In this document: positions 32,476-43,683 of the stretch, in pieces
How positions within the stretch are numbered: the stretch's first letter is position 1
How the letters are laid out: each line of letters begins with the position of its first letter
Origin: an uncultured beta proteobacterium
Lineage (GTDB): Bacteria; Pseudomonadota; Gammaproteobacteria; Burkholderiales; Rhodocyclaceae
Assembly: GCA_903959855.1 (NCBI GenBank)
Contig: CAJBYR010000176.1
Span: 11,472 to 75,471 of the forward strand
Direction: 5' to 3'
DNA length: 64,000 bases
Translations under genes and position numbers: made by a program
The notes under the pieces: generated by a model
The model's database searches: none
What the model saw: only the letters and a program-made list of their open reading frames with translations
Told to the model about the DNA's origin: nothing

Positions 32476-34967
32476 TAGGCGTGTCGCTCCGCCTCGCTTT
32501 GCGCATGCTCGCCCGCGACTGGCGTGCCGGCGAACTGACCGTGCTCGGTGTTGCACTGATGCTGGCCGTGGCGGCGCTGACCAGCGTCGGCTTTCTCAGC
32601 GACCGCGTCGAGCAGGCGTTGCGCCTGCAGTCGCACCAACTGCTGGGCGGCGATCTGCTGCTCAGTGCCGATCACCCCTGGCCCGACGATTTTCGTCGGG
32701 AGGCGGCGTCGCGGGGCCTGCGCCTCGCCGAAAGCGCGACTTTCGCCAGCATGGTCAGCCTGGGCGACGCTTCGGTGCTGGCCGAGATCAAGGCGGTGAC
32801 CGAGGGCTATCCCCTTCGCGGCAGCCTGCGTACGGCGCCAGCCCTGAATGCGCCGGATCGCGAGACCCGGAGAGTTCCGCAAACCGGCGAAGCCTGGGGC
32901 GACGAACGTCTCACCGGCACGCTCAACTTCCCGCCGGAAACGTCTTTGTCACTGGGACGCATATCAGTTCGCAGCGGACCGATCCTGACCCTGGAGCCGG
33001 ACCGCGGCATGAACGTGTTTGCGCTGGCACCGCGCCTGCTGATCAATTTTGCCGACCTGCCGGCTACCGGCTTGATTCTGCCGGGCAGTCGCGTCGCGTA
33101 TCGGTTGCACGTGGCCGGAGAAACCGAAAGAGTACAGGCCTATGAATCCTGGGCGAAGGCCAGGCTGGGACGCGGCGAGCGCCTGGAAAGCCTGGACAAC
33201 GCCCGGCCCGAGATCCGCAATGTCACCGAGCGCGCGCAGCGTTTCCTGCGCCTGTCGGCACTGCTGGCGGTGATCCTCGCCGCCGTCGCGGTAGCGCTGG
33301 CGGCCGAGCGCTACATGCGTCGCCACCTTGATGGCTGCGCCGTGATGCGCTGCATGGGCGCACGGTCGGGGCAGTTGCTGGTGATCCATGGCGGCGAGTT
33401 CCTGTTGTTCGGGCTTGCCGCGACAGTTGTCGGATGTATCGTCGGCTATGCGGTTCAAGCCGGCCTGGAGCAGATGCTGGCGGGGCTACTGGTGACCAAG
33501 CTGCCCGCGCCGTCAGTGCTGCCCTTGCTTCAGGGGGTGCTGGTCGGCCTTACGCTGCTGCTGGGTTTCGCCCTGCCGCCACTGTTGCGCCTCAAGCGCG
33601 TGCCGACGATACGCGTGCTGCGCCGGGAATGGAGTGGCGCCGAGCCGGCCTCCGTCGGCGCCTACCTGCTTGGAGCGCTGGTCTTGGCGGGATTGATGTT
33701 GTGGATGGCCGGTGATCTGCGTCTGGGCTTCATCGTGCTGGCTGGCTTCGTTCTGGCGCTGGTTTTCTTTGCCCTGATGGCCAGGCTGATGCTGGCCATC
33801 CTCGGTCGCATACGCCCGGCCGGCCGCGGCTACGGCTGGCGCCATGGCCTTGCCAACCTGCGCCGGCGGCTTGCCGGCACGATGGTCCAGGCGGTGGCGC
33901 TGTCGCTGGGCCTCACCGCACTGCTGCTGCTGACCGTGGCGCGCGGTGATCTTCTCGACGCCTGGCAGTCGCGCGTGCCGCCCGATGCCCCCAACCGCTT
34001 CGCGATCAACATCCAGCCCGATCAGCGCGCTGCCATCGACGTATTTTTCAAAGAGCGCGGCTTGCCGGCACCATATCTGGAACCCATGGTGCGTGGCCGC
34101 CTGGTGCAGATCAATGGAAACGCGGTGGGTCCGGAAACCTACACCGATGATCGGGCGCGAAGGCTGGTGGATCGCGAGTTCAATCTCTCCTGGGCGGATC
34201 GCCTGCCCTCCGGCAATTCGATCACTGCCGGCCGCTGGCATGGCGCCACCGGCGCGGCGGAGTTTTCGGTCGAGCAGGGCCTGGCCGAAACGCTGGAACT
34301 CAAGCTAGGAGATCGCCTGGGCTACGAGATCGGCGGCCAGCGCATGGAGGGGCAGGTCACCAGTCTGCGCAAGCTCGACTGGGATTCGATGCGCGTCAAT
34401 TTTTTCGTCATAGCACCGCCCGCGGCTCTGGAAAATTTCCCTGCCAGCTACATCACCAGTTTCCACCTGCCGGCGGATCGGGCGCAGGTGATACCGGAGC
34501 TGGTGCGGCGCTTTCCCAACATCACCGTGATCGATGTCGCGGCACTGGTGCGCCAGTTGCACGCGACCATCGATCAGGTCGCCCGCGCCGTGCAACTGGT
34601 TTTTGGTTTCGCCGTGCTTGCCGGTCTCGCCGTGCTATACGCCGCCTTGCAGGCCAGCGCCGACGAGCGTCGCCACGAGCTTGCCGTGTTGCGCGCGCTG
34701 GGTGCCCGCGGCCGGCAGCTTTCCTCAGCGCTGTTGGCCGAGTTTGCCGCCCTCGGCCTGCTTGCCGGTCTGCTCGCCGGGATTGCCGCAAGCCTGATCG
34801 GCTGGGGCCTGGCGCGTTTCGCCTTTCGCCTTGACTACCTGCCGCAGGTCGAGCTCTGGTTGGTCGGGGCGGCGGCCGGCATGGCACTGGTGCTGATTGC
34901 CGGCTGGCTGGGTGTCTCGCCCATGTTGCGCCGCTCGGCAATGCTCTCGCTGCGCGCAGCGGATTAG
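32472..34967 (+). CDS. ABC transporter permease, FtsX/MacB-type, YbbP-like
   Basis: 831 aa with two FtsX-like four-helix modules separated by large soluble loops. The start overlaps the radA stop. No ABC ATPase gene is adjacent. Confidence 0.8.
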   Translation: MIGVSLRLALRMLARDWRAGELTVLGVALMLAVAALTSVGFLSDRVEQALRLQSHQLLGGDLLLSADHPWPDDFRREAASRGLRLAESATFASMVSLGDASVLAEIKAVTEGYPLRGSLRTAPALNAPDRETRRVPQTGEAWGDERLTGTLNFPPETSLSLGRISVRSGPILTLEPDRGMNVFALAPRLLINFADLPATGLILPGSRVAYRLHVAGETERVQAYESWAKARLGRGERLESLDNARPEIRNVTERAQRFLRLSALLAVILAAVAVALAAERYMRRHLDGCAVMRCMGARSGQLLVIHGGEFLLFGLAATVVGCIVGYAVQAGLEQMLAGLLVTKLPAPSVLPLLQGVLVGLTLLLGFALPPLLRLKRVPTIRVLRREWSGAEPASVGAYLLGALVLAGLMLWMAGDLRLGFIVLAGFVLALVFFALMARLMLAILGRIRPAGRGYGWRHGLANLRRRLAGTMVQAVALSLGLTALLLLTVARGDLLDAWQSRVPPDAPNRFAINIQPDQRAAIDVFFKERGLPAPYLEPMVRGRLVQINGNAVGPETYTDDRARRLVDREFNLSWADRLPSGNSITAGRWHGATGAAEFSVEQGLAETLELKLGDRLGYEIGGQRMEGQVTSLRKLDWDSMRVNFFVIAPPAALENFPASYITSFHLPADRAQVIPELVRRFPNITVIDVAALVRQLHATIDQVARAVQLVFGFAVLAGLAVLYAALQASADERRHELAVLRALGARGRQLSSALLAEFAALGLLAGLLAGIAASLIGWGLARFAFRLDYLPQVELWLVGAAAGMALVLIAGWLGVSPMLRRSAMLSLRAAD

Positions 34968-35019
34968 CCGGGCAGGCGTTTCAGGACTATGATCAAAAAT
35001 TTTTTGCCGCCACCGATCA

Positions 35020-36855
35020 ATGACATCGCCTAAGCCGACGCCGGAGGACAGCAGCAGCGACCCGACTGCGGTGCGCATCCTGCATGTGGCCGCCGTGGTC
35101 ATGGCGTTGGCAGGCTTTGCCCTGGCCGCTCTGCTGAGCCAGGACAACCCCGTGCTCTCGCTGCGGGTCCAGTTGCATGTAGGCATTGGCGCGGTAGGGC
35201 TCGTTTCCCTGTTCCTCCTGCGGTCGGGGCGCCCGGGCCTGGCCGGCAGCATCATGATCTGGGGGTACTGGTTGGGTGCCACGATCGTGGCAGCAATCAA
35301 TGGCGGCTTGCGTGGCCCCAACCTGATCAACTACCCCCTGATTCTGGTGATATCCGGCTGGTTGCTGGGTGGTGGCCAGACCATTGTCCTGGCGGTGCTC
35401 ACCGAGATCGTGTTCATTGTCTTTCTGGCGGGTGATTCCTACGGACTGATTCCGCCATCGAATTTCGAGAACCTTCCGGCGTATTTTGTTTTCCTCACCG
35501 CGATTACAGCGATGACGGCGGCGGCAACACTGCTGTCGCGGCGCGGCTACCTCGCCAGGGTCGATGAAGCAAGGCGGGTTGCCGCCGACCTGGCATTGCG
35601 TGAAGAAGAGTTGCGACTGCACGGTGACCTGCTGGAGGACCAGGTGCGCCTGCGTACCGCCGAACTGGCGACGGCACGGGACGCCGCAGACGACGCCAAT
35701 CGTGCGAAAAGCGCATTCCTCGCCAACATGAGCCATGAGATCCGTACACCGATGAACGGCATCATCGGCATGGCCAGTCTTTTGCGCCGCAGCCGGCTTG
35801 ACCCGGCGCAAGCCGCGCGCCTGGACAAGATCGATGCTGCCGCTCAGCATCTGCTCGGATTGATCAACGACATCCTGGATTTGTCGAAGATCGAGGCCGG
35901 AAAATTTGTCCTCGAGGAATCGCCGGTGGATAGCGATGCGTTGCTGCAAAACGTCATTGCCCAGGTGTCTGACCGGGTCCGGGAAAAAGGTCTGCATCTG
36001 CTGGTCAGCTGCGATAGCTTGCCCGATGGCCTGATGGGCGACCCCACCCGGTTGCGGCAGGCGCTGTTGAACTACGTGACCAACGCCATCAAGTTCACCG
36101 AAAAGGGACGGATTGCATTGCGTGTCAGCCTGGTCGCCGAGGCCGGTGATCAGGTCCAGCTGCGGTTCGAAGTTGAGGATAGCGGCATCGGTATCAGCGC
36201 TGAGGCGCGCGAACGGCTCTTCTCGGCCTTCGAGCAGGCGGATAGCTCAACTACGCGAAAATACGGCGGTACCGGTCTCGGATTGGCCATCACCCGCCAT
36301 CTGGTTGTGCTGATGGATGGTGCCGTCGGCGTGGAATCCGAGCCTGGCCGGGGCAGCAGATTCTGGTTCACTGTCCGGCTCAAGCGCGGGGCGCCGATTG
36401 CAGGCGCCACACCGCGGCCGGGTGTTGATGCCGAGGCCGAAATTCTTCGGCGTTTCGCGCGGTGCCGGGTGCTTGTTGCCGATGATGAGCCGGTGAATCG
36501 GGAAGTGGCCCTGGTGCATTTGGAGGCTGCCGGCCTGCTGGTCGATCAGGCAGTGGATGGCGTCGAGGCGGTCGACATGGCGGTACAGAATGCGTATGCG
36601 GCAATCCTGATGGACATGCAGATGCCGAAAATGGATGGCCTGGAGGCAACGGCGCGCATACGCAGCCTGTCGGCAAACCTCACCACGCCAATCATCGCCA
36701 TGACCGCCAACGCCTTTGCCGAGGATCGCACGCGCTGCCTGGCGGCGGGAATGAATGACTTCCTGGCCAAGCCGTTCGAGCCGGACGCCTTGTTCGCTGC
36801 AATTTTGCGCGGGCTCGAACAGGATCGGAAAGTCGCCGTTACGGCGGATTCCTGA
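35020..36855 (+). CDS. hybrid sensor histidine kinase / response regulator
   Basis: It has an N-terminal multi-helix membrane module, a coiled coil and an H-box ([13 protein letters not shown]). HATPase boxes are present ([16 protein letters not shown]). The C-terminal REC domain reads [13 protein letters not shown]...DMQMPKMDG. Confidence 0.9.
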   Translation: MTSPKPTPEDSSSDPTAVRILHVAAVVMALAGFALAALLSQDNPVLSLRVQLHVGIGAVGLVSLFLLRSGRPGLAGSIMIWGYWLGATIVAAINGGLRGPNLINYPLILVISGWLLGGGQTIVLAVLTEIVFIVFLAGDSYGLIPPSNFENLPAYFVFLTAITAMTAAATLLSRRGYLARVDEARRVAADLALREEELRLHGDLLEDQVRLRTAELATARDAADDANRAKSAFLANMSHEIRTPMNGIIGMASLLRRSRLDPAQAARLDKIDAAAQHLLGLINDILDLSKIEAGKFVLEESPVDSDALLQNVIAQVSDRVREKGLHLLVSCDSLPDGLMGDPTRLRQALLNYVTNAIKFTEKGRIALRVSLVAEAGDQVQLRFEVEDSGIGISAEARERLFSAFEQADSSTTRKYGGTGLGLAITRHLVVLMDGAVGVESEPGRGSRFWFTVRLKRGAPIAGATPRPGVDAEAEILRRFARCRVLVADDEPVNREVALVHLEAAGLLVDQAVDGVEAVDMAVQNAYAAILMDMQMPKMDGLEATARIRSLSANLTTPIIAMTANAFAEDRTRCLAAGMNDFLAKPFEPDALFAAILRGLEQDRKVAVTADS

Positions 36856-38347
36856 CGGCGCTTCCGCCGCTGCCGATGTGGGCGATGGAGCCCGCGTAAT
36901 AGTTGAGCAGATCATGTTGCTGCGGTTCCGCGCGGTACAGGCCGTCCTCTTCGATCACCAGCCGGCGCAGCATGAGCATGCGCAGGCCGACGCCAAAGGC
37001 GTAGTCGTGGTCCTGGCGCGGGATGTAGAGGTGCGCGCCGTGCGCTTCCAGTTCCCGCATGCGGGCATGGGCCGCCGCCTTGAGTTCGAGTTCGCTCAGG
37101 GTCCGCTGCGGGTCGCGCATGAGTATGTCGGCGACCAGCGGCACCGGCAGCACCGGAATCACGCTGCCGATGTCCGCCATCAGGCGTTCAGCCAGCTTGC
37201 CGACTTCGGCGCGGCGGGTCTCGTCATCCATGCCCGGAAAATGCAATTGGCGGTCCTGCGCCCAGGATCGCATCGACAGCGGCGCACCGAAATTGACGCA
37301 GGCATAGCCGAAGCGGTGCCAGCCGCCACCCAGGGCCAGCCCGGCGTTGCGCAGCATGAAGCCGAAAGTGATCGCGGCGGCGCGCACCCCGCCGGGGCGA
37401 GGCCCGGCAGGGTGCAGTTTGAGCAACTGGCTGCGGTCCTCCAACACGCGGTCGTAGTTGAGGCCGACGGGAATGAAGACCAGGTCACGGCGCTCGCTCC
37501 CGGGGCGTTCGTCGAAGGTCTTGAGCATGTAGTCCAGCAGTCCGAAGCGTGGCGGCCGCAGCTTGCCGTCGATGGTCAGCCCGCCCTCGGGAAACACCGC
37601 CTGGGTGACACCGGCCTCCGAGGCCATTTGAACGTAGCGCTGGAGCACGACCCGGTAGAGCGGGTCACCCGAGTTGCGTCGCACGAAGAATGCGCCCATG
37701 GCGCGGATCAGTTGCTGTAGCGGCCAGATGCGCGCCCATTCGCCGACCGCGAAGGAAAGCGCGGCACGTTCGGCGGCGAGGAAGGCGACCAGGACGTAGT
37801 CCATGTTGCTGCGATGATTCATGACGAAAACGATGGTGGACTTGCGGTCGATCTTTGCCAGGCCCGCCTCGTCGACGAAGCCGATGCGTACCCGGTAGAG
37901 CGCACGGGCGGCGGCGCGGGCCACGGCGTAACCGACGCGGTAATAAATGTAGGCGTTGAAGGAGGGCACGATCTCGCGGGCGTAGTGGTCGATGCGGCGC
38001 CAGACTTCGCCCAGGCGTTCGTTCGCGGCATTGGCGTGGTCCGTCGCCGCCGCTTGAACCTTCGGGTCATGGAACAGCCGGTCGATCAAAACCTGGCGGC
38101 GCGTCAGTTTGAAGGACGGCAAATCGACGCTGAGGTGGCCGCCGATCTGGCGTATCACGAGCTTGATGCGGCGGCGGAAGAACCAGCGCATGCCCGGCAC
38201 CAGCAGCATGACCAGCAGGGCCCAGCCGGCCAACCCGGCAAGGATCACGAAGGCCCACAGCGGAACGGCAACCGTCTGCAACATCGCTTCAGCCACCGGC
38301 AAGGACGATGGCGGCATCATAGCGCGGGTTGTCAGACATATACGCAC
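36839..38347 (-). CDS. PlsB-like glycerolipid acyltransferase (short form, N-terminal membrane anchor)
   Basis: Four acyltransferase blocks are present: [13 protein letters not shown] (HX4D), [19 protein letters not shown] and [11 protein letters not shown]. The start is uncertain, with Met candidates at codons 1, 10/11 and 22. The 3' end overlaps the convergent kinase gene by 17 nt. Confidence 0.75.
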   Translation of the reverse strand: MRICLTTRAMMPPSSLPVAEAMLQTVAVPLWAFVILAGLAGWALLVMLLVPGMRWFFRRRIKLVIRQIGGHLSVDLPSFKLTRRQVLIDRLFHDPKVQAAATDHANAANERLGEVWRRIDHYAREIVPSFNAYIYYRVGYAVARAAARALYRVRIGFVDEAGLAKIDRKSTIVFVMNHRSNMDYVLVAFLAAERAALSFAVGEWARIWPLQQLIRAMGAFFVRRNSGDPLYRVVLQRYVQMASEAGVTQAVFPEGGLTIDGKLRPPRFGLLDYMLKTFDERPGSERRDLVFIPVGLNYDRVLEDRSQLLKLHPAGPRPGGVRAAAITFGFMLRNAGLALGGGWHRFGYACVNFGAPLSMRSWAQDRQLHFPGMDDETRRAEVGKLAERLMADIGSVIPVLPVPLVADILMRDPQRTLSELELKAAAHARMRELEAHGAHLYIPRQDHDYAFGVGLRMLMLRRLVIEEDGLYRAEPQQHDLLNYYAGSIAHIGSGGSAVRNPP

Positions 38348-38462
38348 CGTATGGGTGGATTAGGTCTGCGTATAATGCGCGCCTCGCCGGCGGACCACCT
38401 TCGCCGCGTTCCCAGCCACCCGCGGCGCATTGCGCCGCACCTAGCCAAAAGCGGAGATCGAA

Positions 38463-39497
38463 ATGAGCGCAGCCCAGACCCTGATTCCAGCCACCCTGAT
38501 TCCCGGTGACGGCATTGGCCCCGAGATCACCGACGCCGCGGTTGCGGTGCTCGATGCGCTGGGCGCGCCCTTCCAGTGGGATACCCAGGTGGCCGGCCTG
38601 GCGGGCGTCACGGCCGCCGGTGATCCGCTGCCGCAAGCGACGCTGGATTCGATCGACCGCACCCGGCTGGCGCTCAAGGGCCCGCTGGAAACCCCCTCGG
38701 GCGGCGGCTACCGTTCCTCGAACGTGCGCCTGCGCGAGAAGTACAAGCTCTATGCCAACCTGCGCCCGGCCAAGTCCCTGGTGCCCGGCGGCCGCTTCGA
38801 GGATATCGACCTGGTGCTGTGCCGCGAGAACAACGAAGGCCTCTACATGGGCTACGAGCACTACATCCCGATCGACAACGATCCCCATGCCGTCGCCATC
38901 GCCACCGGCGTCAATACGCGCCAGGGCTCGAAGAACATCATCAAGTTCGCCTTCGACTACGCCGTGGCCAACGGCCGCAAGAAGGTCACGGTGGTGCACA
39001 AGGCCAACATCATGAAGGCGCTGACCGGCATCTTCCTCGAGACCGCGCAGCAGATGTACCAGGAGCATTACGTCGGCAAGTTCGAGTTCAATGACGTGAT
39101 CATCGATGCCTGCGCCATGAAGCTGGTGATGAATCCCTGGCAGTTTGACCTGTTGGTCACCACCAACCTCTTCGGCGACATCCTCTCCGACGAGATCTCT
39201 GGCCTGGTCGGCGGCCTGGGCATGACGCCGGGCGCCAACATCGGCGAGCACGCGGCGATCTTCGAAGCCGTGCATGGTTCGGCGCCGGACATCGCCGGCA
39301 AGGGCATCGCCAACCCCACGGCGCTGCTGCTGGCCTCGGCCATGATGCTCGATCACGTCAAGCGCACGGACCTTGCCGAGCGTCTGCGCCAGACCATCAG
39401 CGACGTGCTGAACAAGGACAACGTCCGCACAAGCGACCTTGGCGGCTCGGCCAGTACCGACCAGTACGCAAAGGCGCTGGTGGCGCGCCTGAAATAA
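38463..39497 (+). CDS. NAD-dependent isocitrate dehydrogenase (isocitrate/isopropylmalate dehydrogenase family)
   Basis: 344 aa with IPGDGIGPEI and LKGPLETPSGGGYRSSNVRLREKYKLYANLRP, which resemble IDH3-type enzymes. TATAAT at 38372-38377 lies upstream. Confidence 0.8.
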   Translation: MSAAQTLIPATLIPGDGIGPEITDAAVAVLDALGAPFQWDTQVAGLAGVTAAGDPLPQATLDSIDRTRLALKGPLETPSGGGYRSSNVRLREKYKLYANLRPAKSLVPGGRFEDIDLVLCRENNEGLYMGYEHYIPIDNDPHAVAIATGVNTRQGSKNIIKFAFDYAVANGRKKVTVVHKANIMKALTGIFLETAQQMYQEHYVGKFEFNDVIIDACAMKLVMNPWQFDLLVTTNLFGDILSDEISGLVGGLGMTPGANIGEHAAIFEAVHGSAPDIAGKGIANPTALLLASAMMLDHVKRTDLAERLRQTISDVLNKDNVRTSDLGGSASTDQYAKALVARLK

Positions 39498-39498
39498 G

Positions 39499-41889
39499 TC
39501 AGCGCTTGAGGCGGGCGAAGGCGTCGGCCATCGCCCCCGCCGGCGCCGCCGGGCGGACAGGCGTCTGGGGCCGCACGCGCGGTGCCGGATTCGCCGTACC
39601 GCCAGCGCCCGGAAGGAAGTCCCCTTGGGGGGCGCCGACTCTTGCCTTGGGCGCGGGTTCCCGATTCTGCGGCGCGGGCTTGCGTGCTTCGTCGCTGAGT
39701 CGCATCGTCAGTGCGATGCGCTTGCGCGGAACATCAACCTCCAGCACCTTGACCTTGACCACGTCGCCGGCCTTCACCACCTGGTGGGGATCGCGCACGA
39801 AACGCTCGGACAGGGCCGAGATGTGCACCAGGCCGTCCTGATGTACGCCGATATCGACGAAGGCGCCGAAGTTGGTGACATTGGTCACCACGCCTTCGAG
39901 CTGCATGCCTGGTTCGAGGTCCTTGAGTTCTTCGATGCCGTCGCGAAATGACGCGGTCTTGAACTCGGGCCGTGGATCGCGGCCGGGCTTTTCCAGTTCC
40001 TGCAGGATGTCCTGCACCGTCGGCAGGCCGAAGCGCTCGTCGGTGTATTTGCGCGGGTCGAGGCTGCGCAGGCGCTTCAGGTCGCCGATCAACTCATGCA
40101 TGCCGGCCTTGATGTCGGCAAGGATGCGCTCGACCACGGGATAGGCCTCCGGATGCACCGCTGAGGCATCCAGCGGGTTCTCGCCCCGGGCGACACGCAG
40201 GAAGCCGGCGGCCTGTTCGAAGGCCTTCTCGCCCAGGCGCGGCACGTCCTTCAGCTGGGCGCGCGAGGCGAAGGCGCCGTGCTTGTCGCGCCAGGCGACG
40301 ATGTTCGCTGCCAGCGTGGTGTTGAGGCCGGCAATGCGTTTCAGCAACGCGGCACTTGCGGTGTTGACGTCGACGCCCACCGAGTTCACGCAGTCCTCGA
40401 TCACCGCATCCAGCGCCCGCGCCAGGCGCGACTGGTTGAGGTCGTGCTGGTACTGGCCGACGCCGATCGCCTTGGGCTCGATTTTTACCAACTCGGCCAG
40501 CGGATCCTGCAGGCGGCGCGCGATGGATACCGCGCCGCGCAAGGATACGTCGAGGTCCGGAAACTCCAGCGCGGCAAGCTCCGAGGCTGAGTAGACCGAC
40601 GCGCCGGCTTCCGAGACCGTGATTTTGCGCAGCTTCAGCTCGGGATGGCGGGTCATCAGTTCGCCGGCCAGCTTGTCGGTCTCGCGGCTGGCCGTGCCGT
40701 TGCCGATCGCGATCAGCCCGACGCCGTGTTTCTGCGCCAGGTGGCGCAGCGTGGCAAGCGATCCCTCCCAGTCGCGGCGCGGCTCGTGCGGGTAGAACGT
40801 GGCGGTATCCACCAGCTTGCCGGTGGCATCGACCACGGCCGCCTTGACGCCGGTACGGATGCCGGGATCGAGGCCGATTACCGTGTGCGGCCCGGCCGGT
40901 GCCGCCAGCAGCAGGTCGCGCAGGTTGCGGGCAAAGACGCGGATCGCTTCTTCCTCGGCGCGCTCGCGCAACTGGGTCATGAGCTCGGTTTCGAGATGCA
41001 GCGACAGCTTCACCATCCAGGCCCAGCGCGCGGTTTCGAGCAGCCATTTGTCGGCCGCACGGCCCTGGTCGCGGATGCCGCAATGCACGGCCACCATGCC
41101 GGCGCAGGGCGAGGCCTCGGGCGGATCGCGCAATTCGGGCTCGGTTTTCAGCGCCAGTCGCAGGATGTCCTCATTGCGCCCGCGCAGCAGGGCCAGCGCC
41201 CGATGCGAGGGGATGGTCGCCACCGCCTCGCGGAAGTCGAACCAGTCGCGGAATTTCGCGCCTTCGGTTTCCTTGCCGGCGACCACGGTGGAGGCGAGCA
41301 GGGCGTACTCGCCGAGGTAGTTGCGCAGCTTGGCCAGCAGCGCCGCGTCTTCGCTGAAGCGCTCCATGAGTATCTGGCGCGCGCCGTCGAGCGCCGCCTT
41401 GACGTCCGCCACATGCTTCTCGGGCGGCTCAGCCTGCGTATTGACGTACTTTGCCGCCTCGGCGTCAGGGCTCAGTGTCGGGTCGTTGAACAGCGCCTCC
41501 GCCAGCGGTTCCAGCCCCGCCTCGCGGGCGATCTGGGCCTTGGTGCGGCGCTTCTGCTTATAGGGCAGGTAAAGGTCTTCGAGCCCCTGCTTGTTGTCCG
41601 CAGCGATGATTGCGGCTTCGAGGTCCGGCGTCAGCTTGCCTTGCTCGGCGATAGCCGACAGTATCGAGGCGCGGCGATCTTCCAGCTCGCGCAGGTAGCC
41701 GAGCCGGTCTTCGAGATTGCGCAGTTGGGTATCGTCAAGGTTGTCGGTGACTTCCTTGCGATAGCGCGCAATGAAGGGCACCGTGGCGCCCTCGTCGAGC
41801 AGCTGCACGGCAGCAGCCACCTGCTGCGGGCGGACGGAGAGTTCTTCGGCAATGCGCAGCGCAATGCGCTTCTGGAGGTCGGCGGTCAT
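39499..41889 (-). CDS. tex: transcription accessory protein Tex
   Basis: Start chosen at ATG 41889 ([48 protein letters not shown], the canonical Tex N-terminus). It has a C-terminal S1 domain ([31 protein letters not shown]). The track ORF extends to 42216 but would run across the parD promoter and gene. Confidence 0.92.
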   Translation of the reverse strand: MTADLQKRIALRIAEELSVRPQQVAAAVQLLDEGATVPFIARYRKEVTDNLDDTQLRNLEDRLGYLRELEDRRASILSAIAEQGKLTPDLEAAIIAADNKQGLEDLYLPYKQKRRTKAQIAREAGLEPLAEALFNDPTLSPDAEAAKYVNTQAEPPEKHVADVKAALDGARQILMERFSEDAALLAKLRNYLGEYALLASTVVAGKETEGAKFRDWFDFREAVATIPSHRALALLRGRNEDILRLALKTEPELRDPPEASPCAGMVAVHCGIRDQGRAADKWLLETARWAWMVKLSLHLETELMTQLRERAEEEAIRVFARNLRDLLLAAPAGPHTVIGLDPGIRTGVKAAVVDATGKLVDTATFYPHEPRRDWEGSLATLRHLAQKHGVGLIAIGNGTASRETDKLAGELMTRHPELKLRKITVSEAGASVYSASELAALEFPDLDVSLRGAVSIARRLQDPLAELVKIEPKAIGVGQYQHDLNQSRLARALDAVIEDCVNSVGVDVNTASAALLKRIAGLNTTLAANIVAWRDKHGAFASRAQLKDVPRLGEKAFEQAAGFLRVARGENPLDASAVHPEAYPVVERILADIKAGMHELIGDLKRLRSLDPRKYTDERFGLPTVQDILQELEKPGRDPRPEFKTASFRDGIEELKDLEPGMQLEGVVTNVTNFGAFVDIGVHQDGLVHISALSERFVRDPHQVVKAGDVVKVKVLEVDVPRKRIALTMRLSDEARKPAPQNREPAPKARVGAPQGDFLPGAGGTANPAPRVRPQTPVRPAAPAGAMADAFARLKR

Positions 41890-41996
41890 CTTCGGGGAAA
41901 AGCAGAAGGGGCGCGCACCATAGCGGCAGGTGGCGGGCTTGGCAAGACTTGACAGTCTGCGGATTGGGATGGTCGTGAATTGCCTGGGCGGCAGAC

Positions 41997-42025
41997 TTGA
42001 AACACGGGGTGTCATTGTGTAGGAT
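41997..42025 (+). promoter_or_regulatory. putative sigma70-type promoter of parDE
   Basis: TTGAAA (41997-42002), a 17-nt spacer, then TAGGAT (42020-42025). It lies 29 nt upstream of ATG 42055, and GGAGG is at 42045-42049. Confidence 0.4.
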
Positions 42026-42054
42026 TTAATCCCATCAGATCCGTGGAGGCCGAC

Positions 42055-42336
42055 ATGCGTACGACCCAGCAATTCAGCATCACCCTGCCGAATGAGATGG
42101 CGGGGCTGGTCAAGTCGATGGTGACTTCCGGTGCCTATGCCACCGAAAGCGAGGTGTTTCGCGACGGACTCCGGGCGCTGATGGCACGCGACCGGGCCAT
42201 GGAGCGCTGGTTGCACGAGCAGGTGGGGCCGGCCTACGATGCATTAAAGGCAGATCCATCCCGCGCCATCACTCCCGACATGGTAAGGGCCCGGATAGCC
42301 GCTGAACACAAGGCCGCGACTCGCAAGGCGAAATGA
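42055..42336 (+). CDS. parD: type II antitoxin, ParD1/COG3609-like (ribbon-helix-helix)
   Basis: 93 aa. [43 protein letters not shown] matches the RHH ParD pattern (compare GEYATASEIVREAVRDWL of Caulobacter ParD1, recalled from memory). 4-nt overlap with the toxin gene. Confidence 0.8.
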   Translation: MRTTQQFSITLPNEMAGLVKSMVTSGAYATESEVFRDGLRALMARDRAMERWLHEQVGPAYDALKADPSRAITPDMVRARIAAEHKAATRKAK

Positions 42337-42653
42337 AGCACAGGGTTGTCTTTTCACCGGAGGCGGAAGATCAACTCCTCGCGCTATACCGCTACATCGC
42401 CGCGGCCGCCTCGCCCGGTATAGCCGAGCGCTATGTAAATGCCATCGTCAGCTACTGCGAAACCCTTGATACTTTTCCATTGCGCGGAGCCAAGCGCGAC
42501 GACATCCGCCCGGGCTTGCGGATCACGAACTACAAGGGGCGGACCGTGATCTCGTTTGCCGTGGCCCCGGAGCAGGTTTCGATCATCGGCGTGTTCTACG
42601 GCGGACAGGACTACGTGACGGCGCTTCAGGACGATATTGAGGGCGAGGGCTGA
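42333..42653 (+). CDS. parE: type II toxin, ParE/RelE superfamily
   Basis: 106 aa. It has the pattern F-S-x-x-A-x-x-D-L-x-x-L-Y-x-Y-I and a C-terminal ISIIGVFYGGQDY, typical of ParE. It is translationally coupled to parD. Confidence 0.85.
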   Translation: MKHRVVFSPEAEDQLLALYRYIAAAASPGIAERYVNAIVSYCETLDTFPLRGAKRDDIRPGLRITNYKGRTVISFAVAPEQVSIIGVFYGGQDYVTALQDDIEGEG

Positions 42654-42658
42654 TCTGC

Positions 42659-43522
42659 CTAGTTCAGCGTCCGCGCCAGGGCGATGCGGAATTCCCTCAC
42701 CAGATCATCGTACTGCGCATTGCTGCCGAGCAGGGTGAATAAATCGAGCATGGCTTTGCGCGCGGCGTCGTTCTGCCATTTGCGGTCGCGGCGGACGATG
42801 GCGAGCAGGTGTTCCAGCGCCGGGCGGTAGTCGCCGGCAAGCGCCAGGGCATTGGCCAGTTGCAGGCGGGCATCGAAGTCGTCGCCGTTGGCGGCGATGC
42901 GCGCCTGCAGCGCCGCGGTGTCCGCGCCACCACCGGCGGCAAGCAGTTTCAGGCGCGCCTGCAGCGCCAGCAGCCGCGGGTGGTTATGCGCCGTGCGCTC
43001 CAGCGCCTCCAGCATGGTGCGGGCGGTATCGAGTTGCTGCTGATCGATATGGATTTCGGCGAGGTCGAGTTGCACCGCCACGTTGGCCGGGTCCAACTGC
43101 AGCGCATCGGCCAGCAGAGAACAGGCGACGTCGGGATCGCCCTTTGCCCGTGCTTCCTGTGCCGCGATGCGCAGCGGCTCGGTGGGCGAGGGCAGCAGCT
43201 TGTCGATGAAGGCGCGCACCTGGGCCTCGGGCAGGGCGCCGGTGAACTCATCGACCAGGTGGCCATCGACAAAGGCCTTGACGTTGGGAATGCTGCGCAC
43301 GCCGCAGTGGCCGGCAAGTTCCTGGTTCTGGTCGGAATTGACTTTTGCCAGCAGGAAACGTCCGCCGTACTCGGCGGCGAGCTTTTCGAGCACGGGCTTC
43401 AGGCTGCGGCAGGGCGCGCACCACTCGGCCCAGAAATCCACCAGCACCGGAACGCGGTGCGATGCGGCGACCACTTTTTCTTGAAATTCGGCACTGCCGA
43501 CGTCGAACGAATGCGGATTCAT
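42659..43522 (-). CDS. thioredoxin-domain protein with C-terminal TPR-like region (YbbN/CnoX-like)
   Basis: It has an N-terminal Trx fold with VLVDFWAEWCAPCRSLKP (CxxC intact) and a C-terminal helical repeat region. 287 aa. Confidence 0.85.
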   Translation of the reverse strand: MNPHSFDVGSAEFQEKVVAASHRVPVLVDFWAEWCAPCRSLKPVLEKLAAEYGGRFLLAKVNSDQNQELAGHCGVRSIPNVKAFVDGHLVDEFTGALPEAQVRAFIDKLLPSPTEPLRIAAQEARAKGDPDVACSLLADALQLDPANVAVQLDLAEIHIDQQQLDTARTMLEALERTAHNHPRLLALQARLKLLAAGGGADTAALQARIAANGDDFDARLQLANALALAGDYRPALEHLLAIVRRDRKWQNDAARKAMLDLFTLLGSNAQYDDLVREFRIALARTLN

Positions 43523-43683
43523 GAAGGCTCCTGCCTGGCAAACACAACCGGGGCGCGAAGTTTGTCAGGCTTGGTGACGGATGGCAATTCGGCCGCAGGG
43601 CGGTCTTGGGTGCGGAGGGCTGGCGGTATAATTTCACCCCTTGCTCTGCCACCCCGCCTTCCACCCGCCCCGGTCTGTCAATC

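Noticed and set aside
36839-36855. 17-nt convergent overlap of the hybrid kinase and acyltransferase 3' ends
   Set aside because: Short convergent overlaps are common in compact genomes, and no additional structure is visible. I noted it only as a coordinate check.
41890-42216. N-terminal extension of the Tex ORF (905-aa version)
   Set aside because: The canonical Tex N-terminus starts at ATG 41889. The extension would run through the parD promoter, RBS and coding region on the opposite strand.
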